In this document: positions 24,401 through 37,400 of the stretch, piece by piece
How the letters are laid out: each line of letters begins with the position of its first letter
How positions within the stretch are numbered: position 1 is the first letter of the stretch
NCBI RefSeq assembly: GCF_964355755.1
Contig: NC_092677.1
Coordinates: 25,469,175 to 25,533,174 of the forward strand
Source of the DNA: Antedon mediterranea
Lineage: Eukaryota > Animalia > Echinodermata
Length of the DNA stretch: 64,000 nt
Reading direction: 5' to 3'
Program-made: the position numbers and the translations under genes
Notes under the pieces: model-generated
Told to the model about the DNA's origin: nothing
What the model saw: only the letters and a program-made list of their open reading frames with translations
Database searches by the model: none

Positions 24401-26264
24401 ATGGGTTGGGCCATGACTTATTTAATTGTTACATTGTATATTATTTGGGCCAAAGGTCATATATAATATATGTTACTTGGATTTTCCAAGGAACATATAC
24501 TGTAGCAGGAAATAGTATATTGCCATGCCCTTTGGAATACATTAAGTTTTTCTCATTGGTTTTGGTTTGGTTTTTTATCTGTGATCAGGAATTAAAAGTT
24601 GAGAATGAGATAACACTCGATATTCTTGTTGAAAACCAAGGAAGGTCCAATTTTGGGACAACTATGACTGGCGAAAGAAAAGGTAAAGATTTGAATAAAT
24701 TAACAAGACAATTAATTTAATTGGTAGTTAAACTTGATTAATAAACTGTAAGGCCTTGTCTACACTAACTTTTGTGAAAAAATGTAATGTGCCCATATAT
24801 GGACATGATGATGTCATATCACTACCATATTTGGACCAGGAATATCGCACTCTAGTTTGATAGTGTAGACAGAGCTTAAGTCCTGTATATGTTTTTTCAA
24901 CAGGTTTATTAAAAGATGTTGAAATTAATGGAAAAGTACAAGCTGGCTGGGACATCTATCCTTTGGAATTTAAAAAACCATTCATGGAAGGGTAAGGTAG
25001 TCCTGCCATTTCCAAAGTCATGTGTTTGTGAATCTTATGTAATTCTTTTTCTGCTGTTATAAAAATGTTTGTAAAATTATTCATAATTTTTTGCAGGGTA
25101 ATGGCTTCCGACAAATGGAAAACTTTTACTCCCGATATCAAAGTACCGGCTCTTTATAAAGGAACGTTTGATATTGCACACAGAACACCCAAGGATACAT
25201 TCTTAAGCATGAAGGTATAGTACTCTGTTAAAGGATCTTTCACACCTGTTCCGGCATGGTTCCAGTCCGTCGAATCGAACATCAATGTTTTCTTTTCACG
25301 GCACTCTATGCGGCAATTGATAAACGTGTAGCCGTGTGAAAACAAACATTGATGTTTGATTTGCCGGCGCAATTCTTTTGTTAATATTCTTAGCAATGTT
25401 GTCATATAAAACAAAATAAAAACAAACAAACAAACAAAAAAACAAAATAATTGTTACACTCAAAGCACCACACTTAACATTTTGACCAACCTACAAAAAT
25501 ATTTTTAAAATTCAGTTTAATTTTTTTCTATCTCATGGGGTAGTTACTACCACACTAGACAAGTTTACTTGAACCAAAATAAAATTTAAAATGTATATTT
25601 TGTTTTAACAGGGTTGGGAAAAAGGCATTGTATTTATAAATGGCTTTAACATTGGAAGGTACTGGAAAGTGGGACCACAAACAACATACTATGTTCCAGG
25701 CCCATTGTTAAAGGCAGGAAGAAATGAGGTAGGTTTTGGTGTTCTGTTATACAATCTTTGTACTGTTTGAAGTGTTTCACAGATCCAAATATGTTGACCA
25801 CTTAGAAGTCTTAGAATCATTTTGGCACATGTGGCATGCCATACCTATACTTGAGTTGGTCTTTCCCTTGTCTGATTACAGACAAAAATCAAAATGTACT
25901 CATAAAGGGTAATAAAGTTAAAGACAATATCTACAGACCTGGGGGCAAGTATAACCACTAAAGGTCTTTCTACACTATCAAACTTCATGTGACAAAAAAT
26001 GTGATGTGCCCATACAGTATATGGACATGATGATGTCATATTACTACAATATGTGGGCATATCACTACCATATTTGAGCACATCACACTTTTGTCAAACC
26101 AGTTTGATAGTGTAGCTTTAGATATATTCCAAACGATGAACTTTGTAATTCATTTATGATTTCAGATTGTTATTTTTGAACAACATCAAAGTGCAGAAAG
26201 GGTCAGCTTTGTTGATAAACCTGATCTTGGTCCAACTGTACGTAGAGATACGTGGAATGAGTGA
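15405..26264 (+). CDS. Beta-galactosidase-1-like protein (GH35, GLB1L2/GLB1L3-type), ~18 exons, N-terminal membrane anchor or signal
   Basis: Motifs [73 protein letters not shown] (acid/base Glu), [13 protein letters not shown] (nucleophile Glu), [54 protein letters not shown]; stop TGA at 26264. Start may be 15405 or 15426. Confidence 0.95.
16151..16618. mobile_element. Harbinger-like non-autonomous element (AGGGAG..CGAATACGAAAACGGATACGTCAC TIR family)
   Basis: Left end agggaggtttcg..cgaatacgaaaacggatacgtcac; right TIR truncated. Homologous copies at 26697-27130 and 42478-42900. Confidence 0.7.
17379..17670. mobile_element. piggyBac-like MITE
   Basis: TIRs cactttgactgcca ... tggcagtcaaagtg flanked by (g)taa and ttaa. 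Confidence 0.65.
18325..18877. mobile_element. Kolobok-like non-autonomous element (longer subfamily)
   Basis: Near-perfect ends ttaaagatgtattgtccct ... agggacaatacatctttaa. Confidence 0.75.
21824..23119. mobile_element. 1.3-kb Tc1/mariner (pogo/Tigger-like) non-autonomous element
   Basis: TA-flanked TIRs CAGTCAACTCTCCCAATACCGGAC ... GTCCGGTATTGGGAGAGTTGACTG with subterminal ccggtttt repeats and no transposase ORF. A solo end fragment lies at ~29830-29944. Confidence 0.85.
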
Positions 26265-26696
26265 GCCTAAAGGTTGACCAACAAGGCAGGATGTTTAAAT
26301 GAGGAAATTGAAAACGTTACATTATCAGGTGCCTTTTTTGATTGGTTAATGTGATGATGGTGAGTGTGGGGGGTTTTGGGGCTGAAATGGGGGGGGGGGG
26401 GAGTTAAATTAGTGTAGGTAGCAATCAGTAACAGTACTTTTAACACCGGTAGGTGTAGGATTTTGGGTGCATTGGATTCCAGGGAGCAACTGATAAGATG
26501 TGGTTAGCATATTTTTATTTAATTAATAAATAAAATGATACAAATTTAAATCTATTTAGTTAAAAAAACTGATTTATCAAGCATTGAATGATAGAATATT
26601 TTAAGCTAGAATTGTTTTTCTCGTTTTTGGCTAGAAATACACAAGTTTAGACTAGAACATACGGGTTTAATTTGTGGCCGTATGTAATGTATATTA

Positions 26697-27130
26697 GGGA
26701 GTTTTCGCAATCTTATGAATACGAAAACGGATACGTCACGCACACGTATTTGTTTTTCGTAAGCCAGTAAAAATCTGTTTCGCATGGCAATGAAATATTG
26801 AGGGCGCCGTCCAAAATATGACTGCAGTAAATTTGAGCGAAGTGCAGGTACGTGTTGCTTGGTGCTTGGCTGCCTAGGCCTAGTGTAACATCAAAGCGAG
26901 TGAGGACTTTAAAAACTGCTATTTATCAAAATTCACCTGGCATTTTAGTAAATTACTTTCAATAAATCTATAATTATATTATAATCATGAATCATTCCTG
27001 ATTCATATGCAAAATGTGCAAAATAGATTAAAAACTATACTCGTTTTGTAGTTACGAATATGACTGGTGATATTCGTCAACACGAATACGCTTTACGAAT
27101 ATGAAATGGGGATCAGCTCAAAAGTTTCAC
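26697..27130. mobile_element. Harbinger-like element (same family as 16151 and 42478)
   Basis: Begins tagggagttttcgcaatcttatgaatacgaaaacggatacgtcac and is reverse-complement similar to 16200-16618. Confidence 0.7.
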
Positions 27131-28426
27131 ATGTTATCACCACCAGATGGACTTTGAAATGGATGACTGTTAGGGAGCAGAACAGATGTGACCATACTTC
27201 ATTTGAGAAGTCACTTTATGGGTCAATTTTTTAAACGAAGTAGTATAATTATTAATTTGAATATTTATTATGTTTTGTTTGCAACATGATTTTAATTGGT
27301 ACTGATTCTCTGTATGCAATATAGATAAAATGTGCCCATCGAAAATTCTTGTATATTTAAGATATTTTAAGTTATATAACTGCTATAAAAGCTGTATATT
27401 TTTAAGATCAACAATTTGACCAAAACAAAAGTCAAGTGAAACTTGTGTATCAAACTTTTATTGTTAAGCTCTGTCTACACTATCAAACTTTATGTGATGT
27501 GCCCATAATGGACATGATGATGTCATATCACTACCATATTTGGGCACATCACACTTTTTTTGTCAAACTAGTTTGATAGTGTAGAGTTTTACCATAATTT
27601 CTTTATGCTGCTATGTTTTTTCTGTACTTAAAATTTCTTAATAAAATTATTCTAAAGTTTTGTCTACTGTAAACTATCAAACTAGTTGTGCCCAAATATG
27701 GTAGTGATATGACATCATCATGTCCATATATGGGCACATCACATATTCTTTTGATAGTGTACACCATACACTCTCTATAGGCAAAAGTGGAAATTAAAAT
27801 AAAAGATTTTTAATTAAAAAATATTCTTAAAATGAGTATCGGTAGGCATGTAGTACATACAAAATTGTTTCTAAAAATATTAACTTAACTATATTTAAAT
27901 TCATTCAATAAATATAATTGAGAAATAAGTTTATGCCAATTATGGTATAAATACAGAATTAAATTAAATACAAACATAGTATTAAATAAATTTATTTGAA
28001 GCACTAGCATATATATAATATTTGTTAAATTCTGTTTAGTAAAAAAATGACACTATTTAAATTATTTTCTCTTGGTTCTGAAAATAATAGCCCACACTAT
28101 ACATCATAGAATATATATTTCGTGAACATAACTTATTTATAAGGAAACAAAAAGCTAGCCGAATGTATGGTACTTTATAGTTATCCTGATATAATGGGCA
28201 AGTACAAAACCTCCTCAACTTAAGCGGTCTACACTATCAAAATACTGTACTACGTATTTTGAAGAAAAAAAGAGTGATGTGCCTAAATATGGTAGTGGTA
28301 GTGATACGACATGTCCATATATGGGCACATCACATTTGTTTGTTAGTGTAGACATAGCTTTACATATAATTCAGGGTCAATTATATTCCATAATAACTTC
28401 TACTCCACTATGATAATTGAATGCAT

Positions 28427-30990
28427 TCAGTAATTAGGTTTTAAGAAACCTTTTTTCTTTTTCCTCTTCACATGTTCCTCACTTGACGATTTGTCTGTGC
28501 TCATATCTCGTTTTTTAGCAAATTTCTTTCCTATTGTGTTTACTAGAGTTGAATATCTGAATTTAAAAATAGTAACCATATTAAGTTAAGTAGCATTAAC
28601 ATTTCTTGAAGATTTGATTAAAAACCTTTATCTGTAACATTAATTCAATTCAAAATAAATTTATTTCTCAAACAAATTATTAAAACAGGGAAATCTTCTA
28701 TAACAATAACCAATTGTTTTCATTATTATTCAAATATAGCTTATTATATAACACCTACATAAATTCTTGTCATTTGATTGGATGATTGTGGGTCACATGA
28801 CGTGCACTAGTACGCACTATTGAACGGTCTCATAAACATTCATTATTTGTATAATATAATTAGTCGCACGAACGCGACTCTACAGTACACTAATCAAACA
28901 CTAACTCAAATTTGAGCACGCGACTACAGCCATCTATATGGCCTTGTATACATGGATTTTGGTAGCTAGCGGTGGATATCCAGTGGAATTCTTTAAAATA
29001 AGCTTTAAGCTGCGTGACGGATGACTTAAACAATGTGTGTATTTCAGCCAGCACACTTACATCCATGACTATACTCATACTATCTAATATTTATATAAAT
29101 TTATATTTAATTTTTTATCTTTTCAACGTTTTTAGGGAAGTATATGAATAAATATACATACTGTTTTGCCATTTCTTCATCTGTTATCATCGTTTCTCCA
29201 GGATCAATTATCGCTTCTTCTTCTTCTTCCTCCTCTTCATTCCTTGTTTCATTATTTTTCATAATTTTCTATAAGAGAATAATAAGTAACATGAAGTAGA
29301 TTCTAAGAGGTAATTTGACAAATCACAATGTGATGTGCCCATATATGGACATGATGATGTCATATCACTACTATATTTGGGCATATCACTACTATATTTG
29401 GGCACATCACACTTTTTTTGTCAAACTAATTTGATAGTGTAGACAGAGCTTAAGACATTAGGCTTTGTTCCCACCTGCTTGGACATAACGCAATCAAGCG
29501 CAGTGCAAGTAATTTGACCAATCACGACGCGATGGATCATCTGAACTGTCGAGTGTTTATGTTTATGAGCACAATACAAGTTTAATGGAAGTACATCTAA
29601 GATAAATTGTTTTTTAACCAGCAAATCTTCAAAAGTGGTTTTAATACCTGGCTTTGATCACCGTGGTAACCTTGGAGTAAACATACTTGATACGTACCTC
29701 TATAATTGGATCCATTCCTTTAAATGACATCCTTCCGTACATTAAGTCTTCACACTTGACATAACTTGCTTCAATTTCATATTTACACCTTTATAAAATA
29801 AATTATTTATATATCATCTTTGGGCTTGACAAATATGTCTGGTTTTCCAGAAAGTCTGGTATTTGGAATTTTTTTTTAATCGTGAAAATGAATTTGGGAC
29901 TGTTTAGACTTCAAGAAAGGTATGGTATTGGGAGAGTTGACTGTATAACGTTATACAATACATGTGGGACATTACTATTAAGAGAAATTTTCCAGTTTCA
30001 GGTCCCACAAGTATTGAGACAAAATAGACCACGCAAATTTAGCTGGAACTTGTTCACATGCCCGCTTGATACTACATTTACTTGATTTACTTGATGTTGA
30101 GACTTATAAAGCTGAAGCTTGTGTGTCCCTCGACGTGTTTCTATATATAATCTTGTCTACTATAGGGGGCAAACTTGCAGAAAGAAGTAGACAAGTGTTT
30201 TTCCAGCCTTGACTTGAACTGGTTGATTGAGTCAGATTCATTGTCATTGAACAAATATTTTCTCCATGGGGACTTACATGATAGAACTATAATATATTAT
30301 AGTTCCATGCTTACGTTTTGTGTTGTAATTCTGGCAGGTCCAACACCCAGTGCTCATCATCTATTTTATGTTGTCTGTCCTGTTCTTTAGATTCTTCTAC
30401 TATGTCTCGGTCTAATTTTCTTTGCATAAACTGTATTTAAAATAATTAAAGAGAAATCAAGTAAATTAGAAACAATATATTGTACATTGTTGAAGTACTA
30501 ATACTCGACTATATAGTAGTAAATAGTAGTGCTACAGACTACAGTCAGTAGCTAAGTAGTAGCCTTAGTTAGTTAGGCTAGGCCCTAAAATAATTTAAAT
30601 TAAAAAAAACATTACAAAAACGAAACAAAAAGACAAATTTCAAGTTCCATTAATACATTACTTAGAAAAATTAACATAATAAATACTACAATATATCTAA
30701 TTCATAATTCATTTTAAAAGTCTAGCCCCAGTAGGCCCATCTGACAGGCAGCACATGGGTTATTGAAAGCCATATTTGCAGGCGAGTGAACATGTGTTCC
30801 CAGCCGATGGGCGTAACTGGACGGCCTAGCGTCAAATAACTTCACGTATTTTAACATGTACTTTAAATAAATTATGAATTAGTTAGAATATCGCCTAATT
30901 ATATGTTAGGATCAACACCTTCATTTGTTTAACATTTTTCGACAACGATATTTGTGATTTGTTCTGTCCATTTTTCTTCTGCGCTGCCAT
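28427..30990 (-). CDS. MPHOSPH6: M-phase phosphoprotein 6 (nuclear exosome cofactor MPP6), 5 exons
   Basis: Spliced translation MAAQKKNGQNKSQISLSKNVKQMK|FMQRKLDRD..IDDEHWVLDLPEL|..CEDLMYGRMSFKGMDPIIE|KIMK..DEEMAKQ|YSTLVNTIGKKFAKKRD..GFLKPNY* matches the MPP6 pattern. Approximate exons 30919-30990, 30315-30430, 29698-29787, 29161-29269, 28427-28556. Confidence 0.93.
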
Positions 30991-31417
30991 TTTGTTCGGT
31001 TTTTTAATAATTGAGAGCGCCCTCTATTTCGGACATGTGTGCCGCCGAGGAACTGGTTTTCCCGGCCTGGGCGTTTGTGCTCTGTATCGTCTGATCTGAA
31101 TTAAGTTTAGTTTGTTTATAAGTTTCTTTATCAACGTGTTACCAATTGATGACGGATTCGCTGTTTAACTTTTTTTTTAGACAAAAAAAAAGAAGAAGAT
31201 TACCAAGGGGAAAGAGAGAGAGAGCCCAGCCTGAGTTGAGTGGATCCAGTTGAGTGAGGCTAAGCCAGGCGCCACCACACCACACAACAGTCCAGATCGC
31301 CACTGGCTGTCTGGCCTCTCTCCTCCCCGGCGTGACAGACATTTTTAGTAGACAATTTAGTATTTCGGTAGCTTGTAGTAGGCCTAGGTCTACTACTATA
31401 GGACCTTTTGATCGGAA
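30991..31417. promoter_or_regulatory. Putative bidirectional promoter/5' UTR region of MPHOSPH6 and TDRD12
   Basis: Divergent ATGs ~430 bp apart in a locally GC-richer patch. YY1-like gccattttg overlaps the MPP6 start; CTCF-like agcgccctcta near 31017. Confidence 0.6.
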
Positions 31418-34400
31418 ATGGAAAATAAAATGGCTCTCCTAGACGTAACCATTTTGAAGGTAAAAAAATAGTAGGTTACACCGTACGAATGAAATATAAA
31501 ATTAAAAATTAAATAGGGGCCTATATTAATTTAGCAAAATTTGTTACTACTTTTTTATACCGCGAAATGCTACAATAATTAAAGAATTTACCATCTATGT
31601 AAGGATAAAGAAATATCAGATAAAGGCGTCATTGGAATGGGGGAACAACAAATCAAAAATTGAATGTTTCTCCCATTTCCTTCCCATCATGCTGCGCGTT
31701 AGCAAATGATGAATGTTGCCCCCCGTTTCTGTCCCATCATCATGCGGCGCATTAGCTTTTCATCACTATCTGCGATAAAACTTATTACAGTGGGTAAAAA
31801 CCATCTCCTTTTTATTCAATGATTTTTTTTGTAATAAAATTTCATTTATATTCCATTTTCTTTAATGAAGGTGGACAACCCATGGAGTTTCTGGTTGAAG
31901 GAAGCTCCTAGTCCGATGATGTCTATCGAGACCGAAATGTTTCTAGAACTGAATGAAAAAATTCAAGACTATTGCTCAGGACAACTGCATATTCGTAAAT
32001 ATTTATTACAACCCAAGAAAGGACAGGTTAGAATATTTATTAAGCTCTGTCTACACTATCAAACTAGTTTTACAAAAAAATGTGTGATGTGCCCAAATAT
32101 GGTAGTGATATGACATCATGTCCATATATGGGCACATCACACTTCTTTTGTCACATAAAGTTTGATAGTGTAGATTGACCTTAAGGTACTAATATCTGTT
32201 GTGACTATCTTGATAATTATTTCCCATGTCATTATCTTCATTAGCACTTTAAATTGATTAACATTGCAATTATCTTCAAATTTCTTTTTTATTATCGTCA
32301 GGTTTGTTTGGCAAAAAGATCAAATGATAAGCGTTGGTACAGAGCTAAGATTTTATCCATCCGGCAATCAACACAGGGTCCTCAAGCGAGGTAGGCTAAC
32401 ATTCCATTGAGGACACGTATAGTATTGTTTTACCGAGTATTTAGTTAGTTAAACATTAATTAAATAGCTTTTTCTTAATTAACATCCATTTGTCATTCAA
32501 ATTTTAAGTACAGATTTTCTATTAAGTCACCCAATTGAATAGCTAAATGTCCCCAATGTTCTTATCCTGAAGGAACAAAAACATAATTAAATAAAAAATA
32601 TTATGATCACATAAAATTCACTAATAAATGATTATTTTAACAATTTGTTTAAACTAATTTTTTTTTTGTCATCAGTTTACATTTGCTGGACTTTGCTGAA
32701 AATATCAGAAGCCCAGTAAGCTGGTAAGTCAGTCAAGTTTCATTCTTAATAAATCTTCTTTTTTGTAATGATGGCATTTATTTTACTATTTTTCAATGAT
32801 TTGAAATATAGAATATAGATTCCTTGCTTACTTGACACTAAAAATTAAATTGCAAAGTTAATTACGTAACTGTACTCAATATTAGTTGAAGATGTATTGT
32901 CCCCCAAAAGCTTGAAAAATGAAGATTAATGAAATCAGATATTGAATAGGCCATTTTGCTGTTTAAATAAAGGTAATCCATTCTGTAGAAAACAATTTTT
33001 TTTTGCAATACGGTTTTTGGTTAAAGTGAATAACTATTATGTGATATTAAAATGACATATTCAACAAAAAATGTAAAAAAAAAAATGTTTAGGGGACAAT
33101 ATATCTTTAAAATTTAGGAAAGAAAAAAGACATAGCTACATTGAGAATGTCTTGACATTTTTTTTTGTAGCGTTATCAACTTAAATTTTTTTTAAACTTT
33201 AATTTTAGTCATCATGCAAACCTTAACAAAATTGTTAAAATTTAAGTTCTGGCTTAAAAATGATTTGTCGCCTTTGACAGGTTGAGAGAGGTTCCTAGCG
33301 AATTCTTGCAAGTACCATTCCAAGTGAAAGAAGCTAGACTGTACAACACTCAGCCAATCACTCTACAAACTTGCGTTATTGACCTAACTGTCAGTCCTGT
33401 GTAAGTGTATATTTTATTTATTTATACGACGATTAAAAGATTTCTAGATTGTCTGATAAAGCTTGGTTCCCACTAGGTCACAATGCAAAGATTTAAGCAT
33501 GCCTCGTAAATTGATCAATGGATGTATGTTGTACTCATTATAGATCCAATTTTATTAGCTGCCGATGCTATCAAAAGCAAATATCCACACAAACAGAAAA
33601 TTTAAACACATGCTACAATTAAAATTGTTTGCAATTGAGTGCAATTTTAATATCATTCGGGAGGGCAGTTGTTAATGTTGACTTTATAGGCGAGAGAGAA
33701 TGAATTGAAGTGTAGAGTGGAGGAGGCGGTAGGACGGAATGGAATCTGAGATGTAGTATCCTCATTGTTTTATTTTAATAGTAAACACACTTTATTTTTG
33801 CAGGCCGTGTATGGTGTGGGACACTTCTGCAGTTGATTATTTCAAGACTACTGTTAAAGGTAGGAATATTACCCACGTTAAATATGTCAGAGTCCTGGGT
33901 TCAAATCGTGGTCAGCCACAGCACATTTCTAATGTCTAAAAAAAAGACTTCCATAAAATCTAAAGCTCAGTCTACACTATCAAACTAGTTTGACAAAAAA
34001 AGTGCCATGTGCCCAAATATGGTAGTGATATGACATCATCATGTTTAGATATAGGCACATCACATTTTTTGTCACATATTTGATAGTGTATACAAGGCTG
34101 TTGTTACATTATCTCTGGAACCTTTCTCTCAATTTACTTTTCACAGATGCAACATCCTCCAAGGTTAAGGTTCATCACCATGACAACTCAGCAAATGTCT
34201 TCTATGTTACTCTCTATCTGAACAGGCCTTTAGAAGGTTTGGTAAGTTAATTGTGGAATGCAGTTTATATTGTTATATTATTTGTTTAAATTCGTTTCAC
34301 ATTGTGTGAAATAAAAAGCACTAAATCTTATTTGGCAAGGTACTGTAAGTATTGCCATTTTCATGTTACCTAGTAGTTTACAAAGATGTTCTGTATGGTG

Positions 34401-37400
34401 TGCGTAAACTCCTGTGTGAACGGGTTATTAGACAAAAATGTTTTGTATGGTGTGTGTAAACTCCTGTGTGAACAGGGTATTAGATTTTTTTATTAAATTT
34501 GTGTCCAATTGTTTTGCTTTAGGTGGATATTAATGAGTATCTTATCACAAAAAATTATGCCATAGCAAATGAGATTGGGCTTTCACGTAAGTTTAACATT
34601 TTCTTGTAAAAACAACTCGCCTAAATATTGCACCTCGAGAAAATTCTGTTTTTAGGAGAGTTTTCAGAAAAATGATATTGTATTAGGATAGTCGATTGTA
34701 TTAATTTTGCCCTTTTTATTTGATATATGGAAGTTATTTTCATTTAAAAATTTAAAAATTTAATATAAATTGCAAATTATTAATTAACAAATTTTGTTTA
34801 GCCTCAAAAAGTGATGACATCCGTCAAGTGGTTGATGTAGATGAATACTTACAGATACAGCTGAAGAAATATGAAATGGCAGAGAAACAAGCACAAGAAG
34901 ACACAGCAAAATGTAATACTTCAGATAGCACTACAGAAATGGCAGTTGTAAAGACCAGTTCTGAACACTCGCTTTCTGTAAAACAGCTTGAGAAATTGAG
35001 AAGTGTTAATAAAGAAGGAATAAAACAGAACAAACCACTCCAGCAGTCCTGGGGTTTCCCTGATGATGAAATATCAAAGAGCTCCGAAGATCATTGGTCC
35101 GATGGCACTCCAGAAAGAAGGAAGAAGTATAATATTGGAAGAGGAAAAGTCATTGAAGATATGCTCTCAGGTTTTGATGGCAGTAAGGCAAGAGCTAGAG
35201 GAATAAAGTCTGATGAACTGCAGCCGGTAATGATTTCAAGGAGGAAGCAGAAACCAGTTGAATCGTCTTCTGCAGATTCTCTAGGGTTAAGTGAATCAAG
35301 TTCTTTTGGTGCACATAGCACTCTTTGGTCAAGACAATTTACTAGAGATAGTGAAACCAGTAATGACTCGAGTCTTCTCTTTCAACCATCTCAGAAGAAC
35401 AAACAAAGAACACCAGTGTTTGCTGAAGAATCGTGTGCGAAGGTTGTGCTAAAGAAATTTGACTCTGAAAACTTTACCAATAAGACAAAACTTAAGTCTC
35501 CAGAAGAGCGACCTCGTAAGTCAATGGTAATGATGTTAAAAGCGGTAGTTTCTTCTTCCTCAATCGATTCTGATTCGACTGCTGTAACCTCACATGTTAG
35601 GTCAAAGAAGAAGAAACGACATAACATTCTTGACTTATTAGAGGGGTCAGATGAAAGTTTGCAACATGAAGGCGATACATTTTTGGAAACATCTTCTGAA
35701 AGTCCCAGTGCTTTGCACAACTTTGCTGCAAATAGCAAATTTTTGGAGCCGTCTTCTGATAGACTTCAAAGAGAGAGTTCCATGACCAAATCTCCTGATA
35801 GTCACAGCCAATGCATGGATGGAGATCTGCCTCGGCAGAAGTCTGGTCTAAGTATGAACAGCAAAATGTCGCAAGAGTCTTCCGTTGGTCTTGAAGATCC
35901 TAGAAGTTTGGTAAACACGTCACCTGATGGTAAAATGAATCAAAGCTTGGATAGTAGTTTTGAGCATAGTAAACGCGTTCATTGGAAACCAGAACTTGAA
36001 GCCGAAGAAAAACAAATGTAAGTAGCCCAAATATGGTAATGATGTTTCCAAATATGGTAATGATGTTTCCAAATATGGTAGTGATGTGCCCAAATATGGT
36101 AGTGATATGACATCATTATTATATGGACACGTCACATTTTTTGGTCACATAAAGTTTGATAGTGTAGACAGAGCTTTACAGTAGGTAGATTAGTCAGCAT
36201 AAAAGTGGTTGAACACTCAGTTGAAGAAAATGCTAAACAAACTTAATTCCTTTCCTCATATTTATTTTCTTCTTTTAAAAGGTCAACAATGCCGCATAGT
36301 TTAGTTAGTATTTTGAAAACACCAAGTCCAGAACCAAGATATAGCGGTGGATTGGATGAAAGGTAACATACGCACATCATTTCCAGAAAAACAATAACCG
36401 AGTATACTAGGGTTTAAAACGTACTGTACAAGGGGATAAATAGTGTTTTAATAATAATAGTTCATTTTTATAGCGCATATAAGCAAGCTCTCACACATTA
36501 TTACCCCTGTCAATTTTTTTAATTTTTTTTTTTATTTATAACTAATCTAGACATTATTATTTATTATTATTTTTCTCCTGTGTAATCTTGGTTTTTACTG
36601 TATATTTTTAGATTTAAGAATTCTGATAGTGAGACATCTCCTAGGAAGAGTTCTACTGAGTCGGACAAAAAGTTGATACAAGAAAGGTATCTATTTTTAG
36701 TAACTAGTAATAAGCAATGGTATTTTATGTATGTAGCCATAACACCGGTAAGGGTTCGAGGCGCACTCGATCCATGGTTATAGTGGTAGAACAAGCCTTC
36801 TCAGATAATGACTATAAACTGTAGGTCCAATGTACACATCTAGCTCATGTGCACTTTAAAGAACCTAGTACATCTTTCGAGACGAGTAGGAGATTACCCC
36901 AGTGTACCCACCCGGTGTACTAGTACACACAGCCACTGATCATAATTGGGCCCTCTGGGAGACCAGACTGAAGAGGTTGTCCAGACTGAGAGGTTGTCCA
37001 AGATAAATAATTCAATTCAATTTGATTTTTATGTGCCAAATTTTCTTCATTTACATATGTATTTTATGCATACATGACCCAAATGCTTGCCTTCCAATCT
37101 GAAGGACGAGGCATATATATGTCTTGCCCAATTGTGTTAATTCTATCTTTTGAAGAACAATTTCATGATGTCATAAGTAAACTTTCTTTTAGATTAACAA
37201 GACAACTACTTGGAGATGTAGTACCAAAAGAAAATGTGCAACTAATCGAGGACATCACTCTAGTTCATGGAGACCGCCCTCTACGGCCCATTGTAGAGCT
37301 AAGCCAAGCACCATTTCCAGATATGTTTAAGAGAGTATGTATTAGTGGGTGTAAAGTGAAGTTTCATGTACTGTACATTACCGATGCTGAAAAAGATAAA

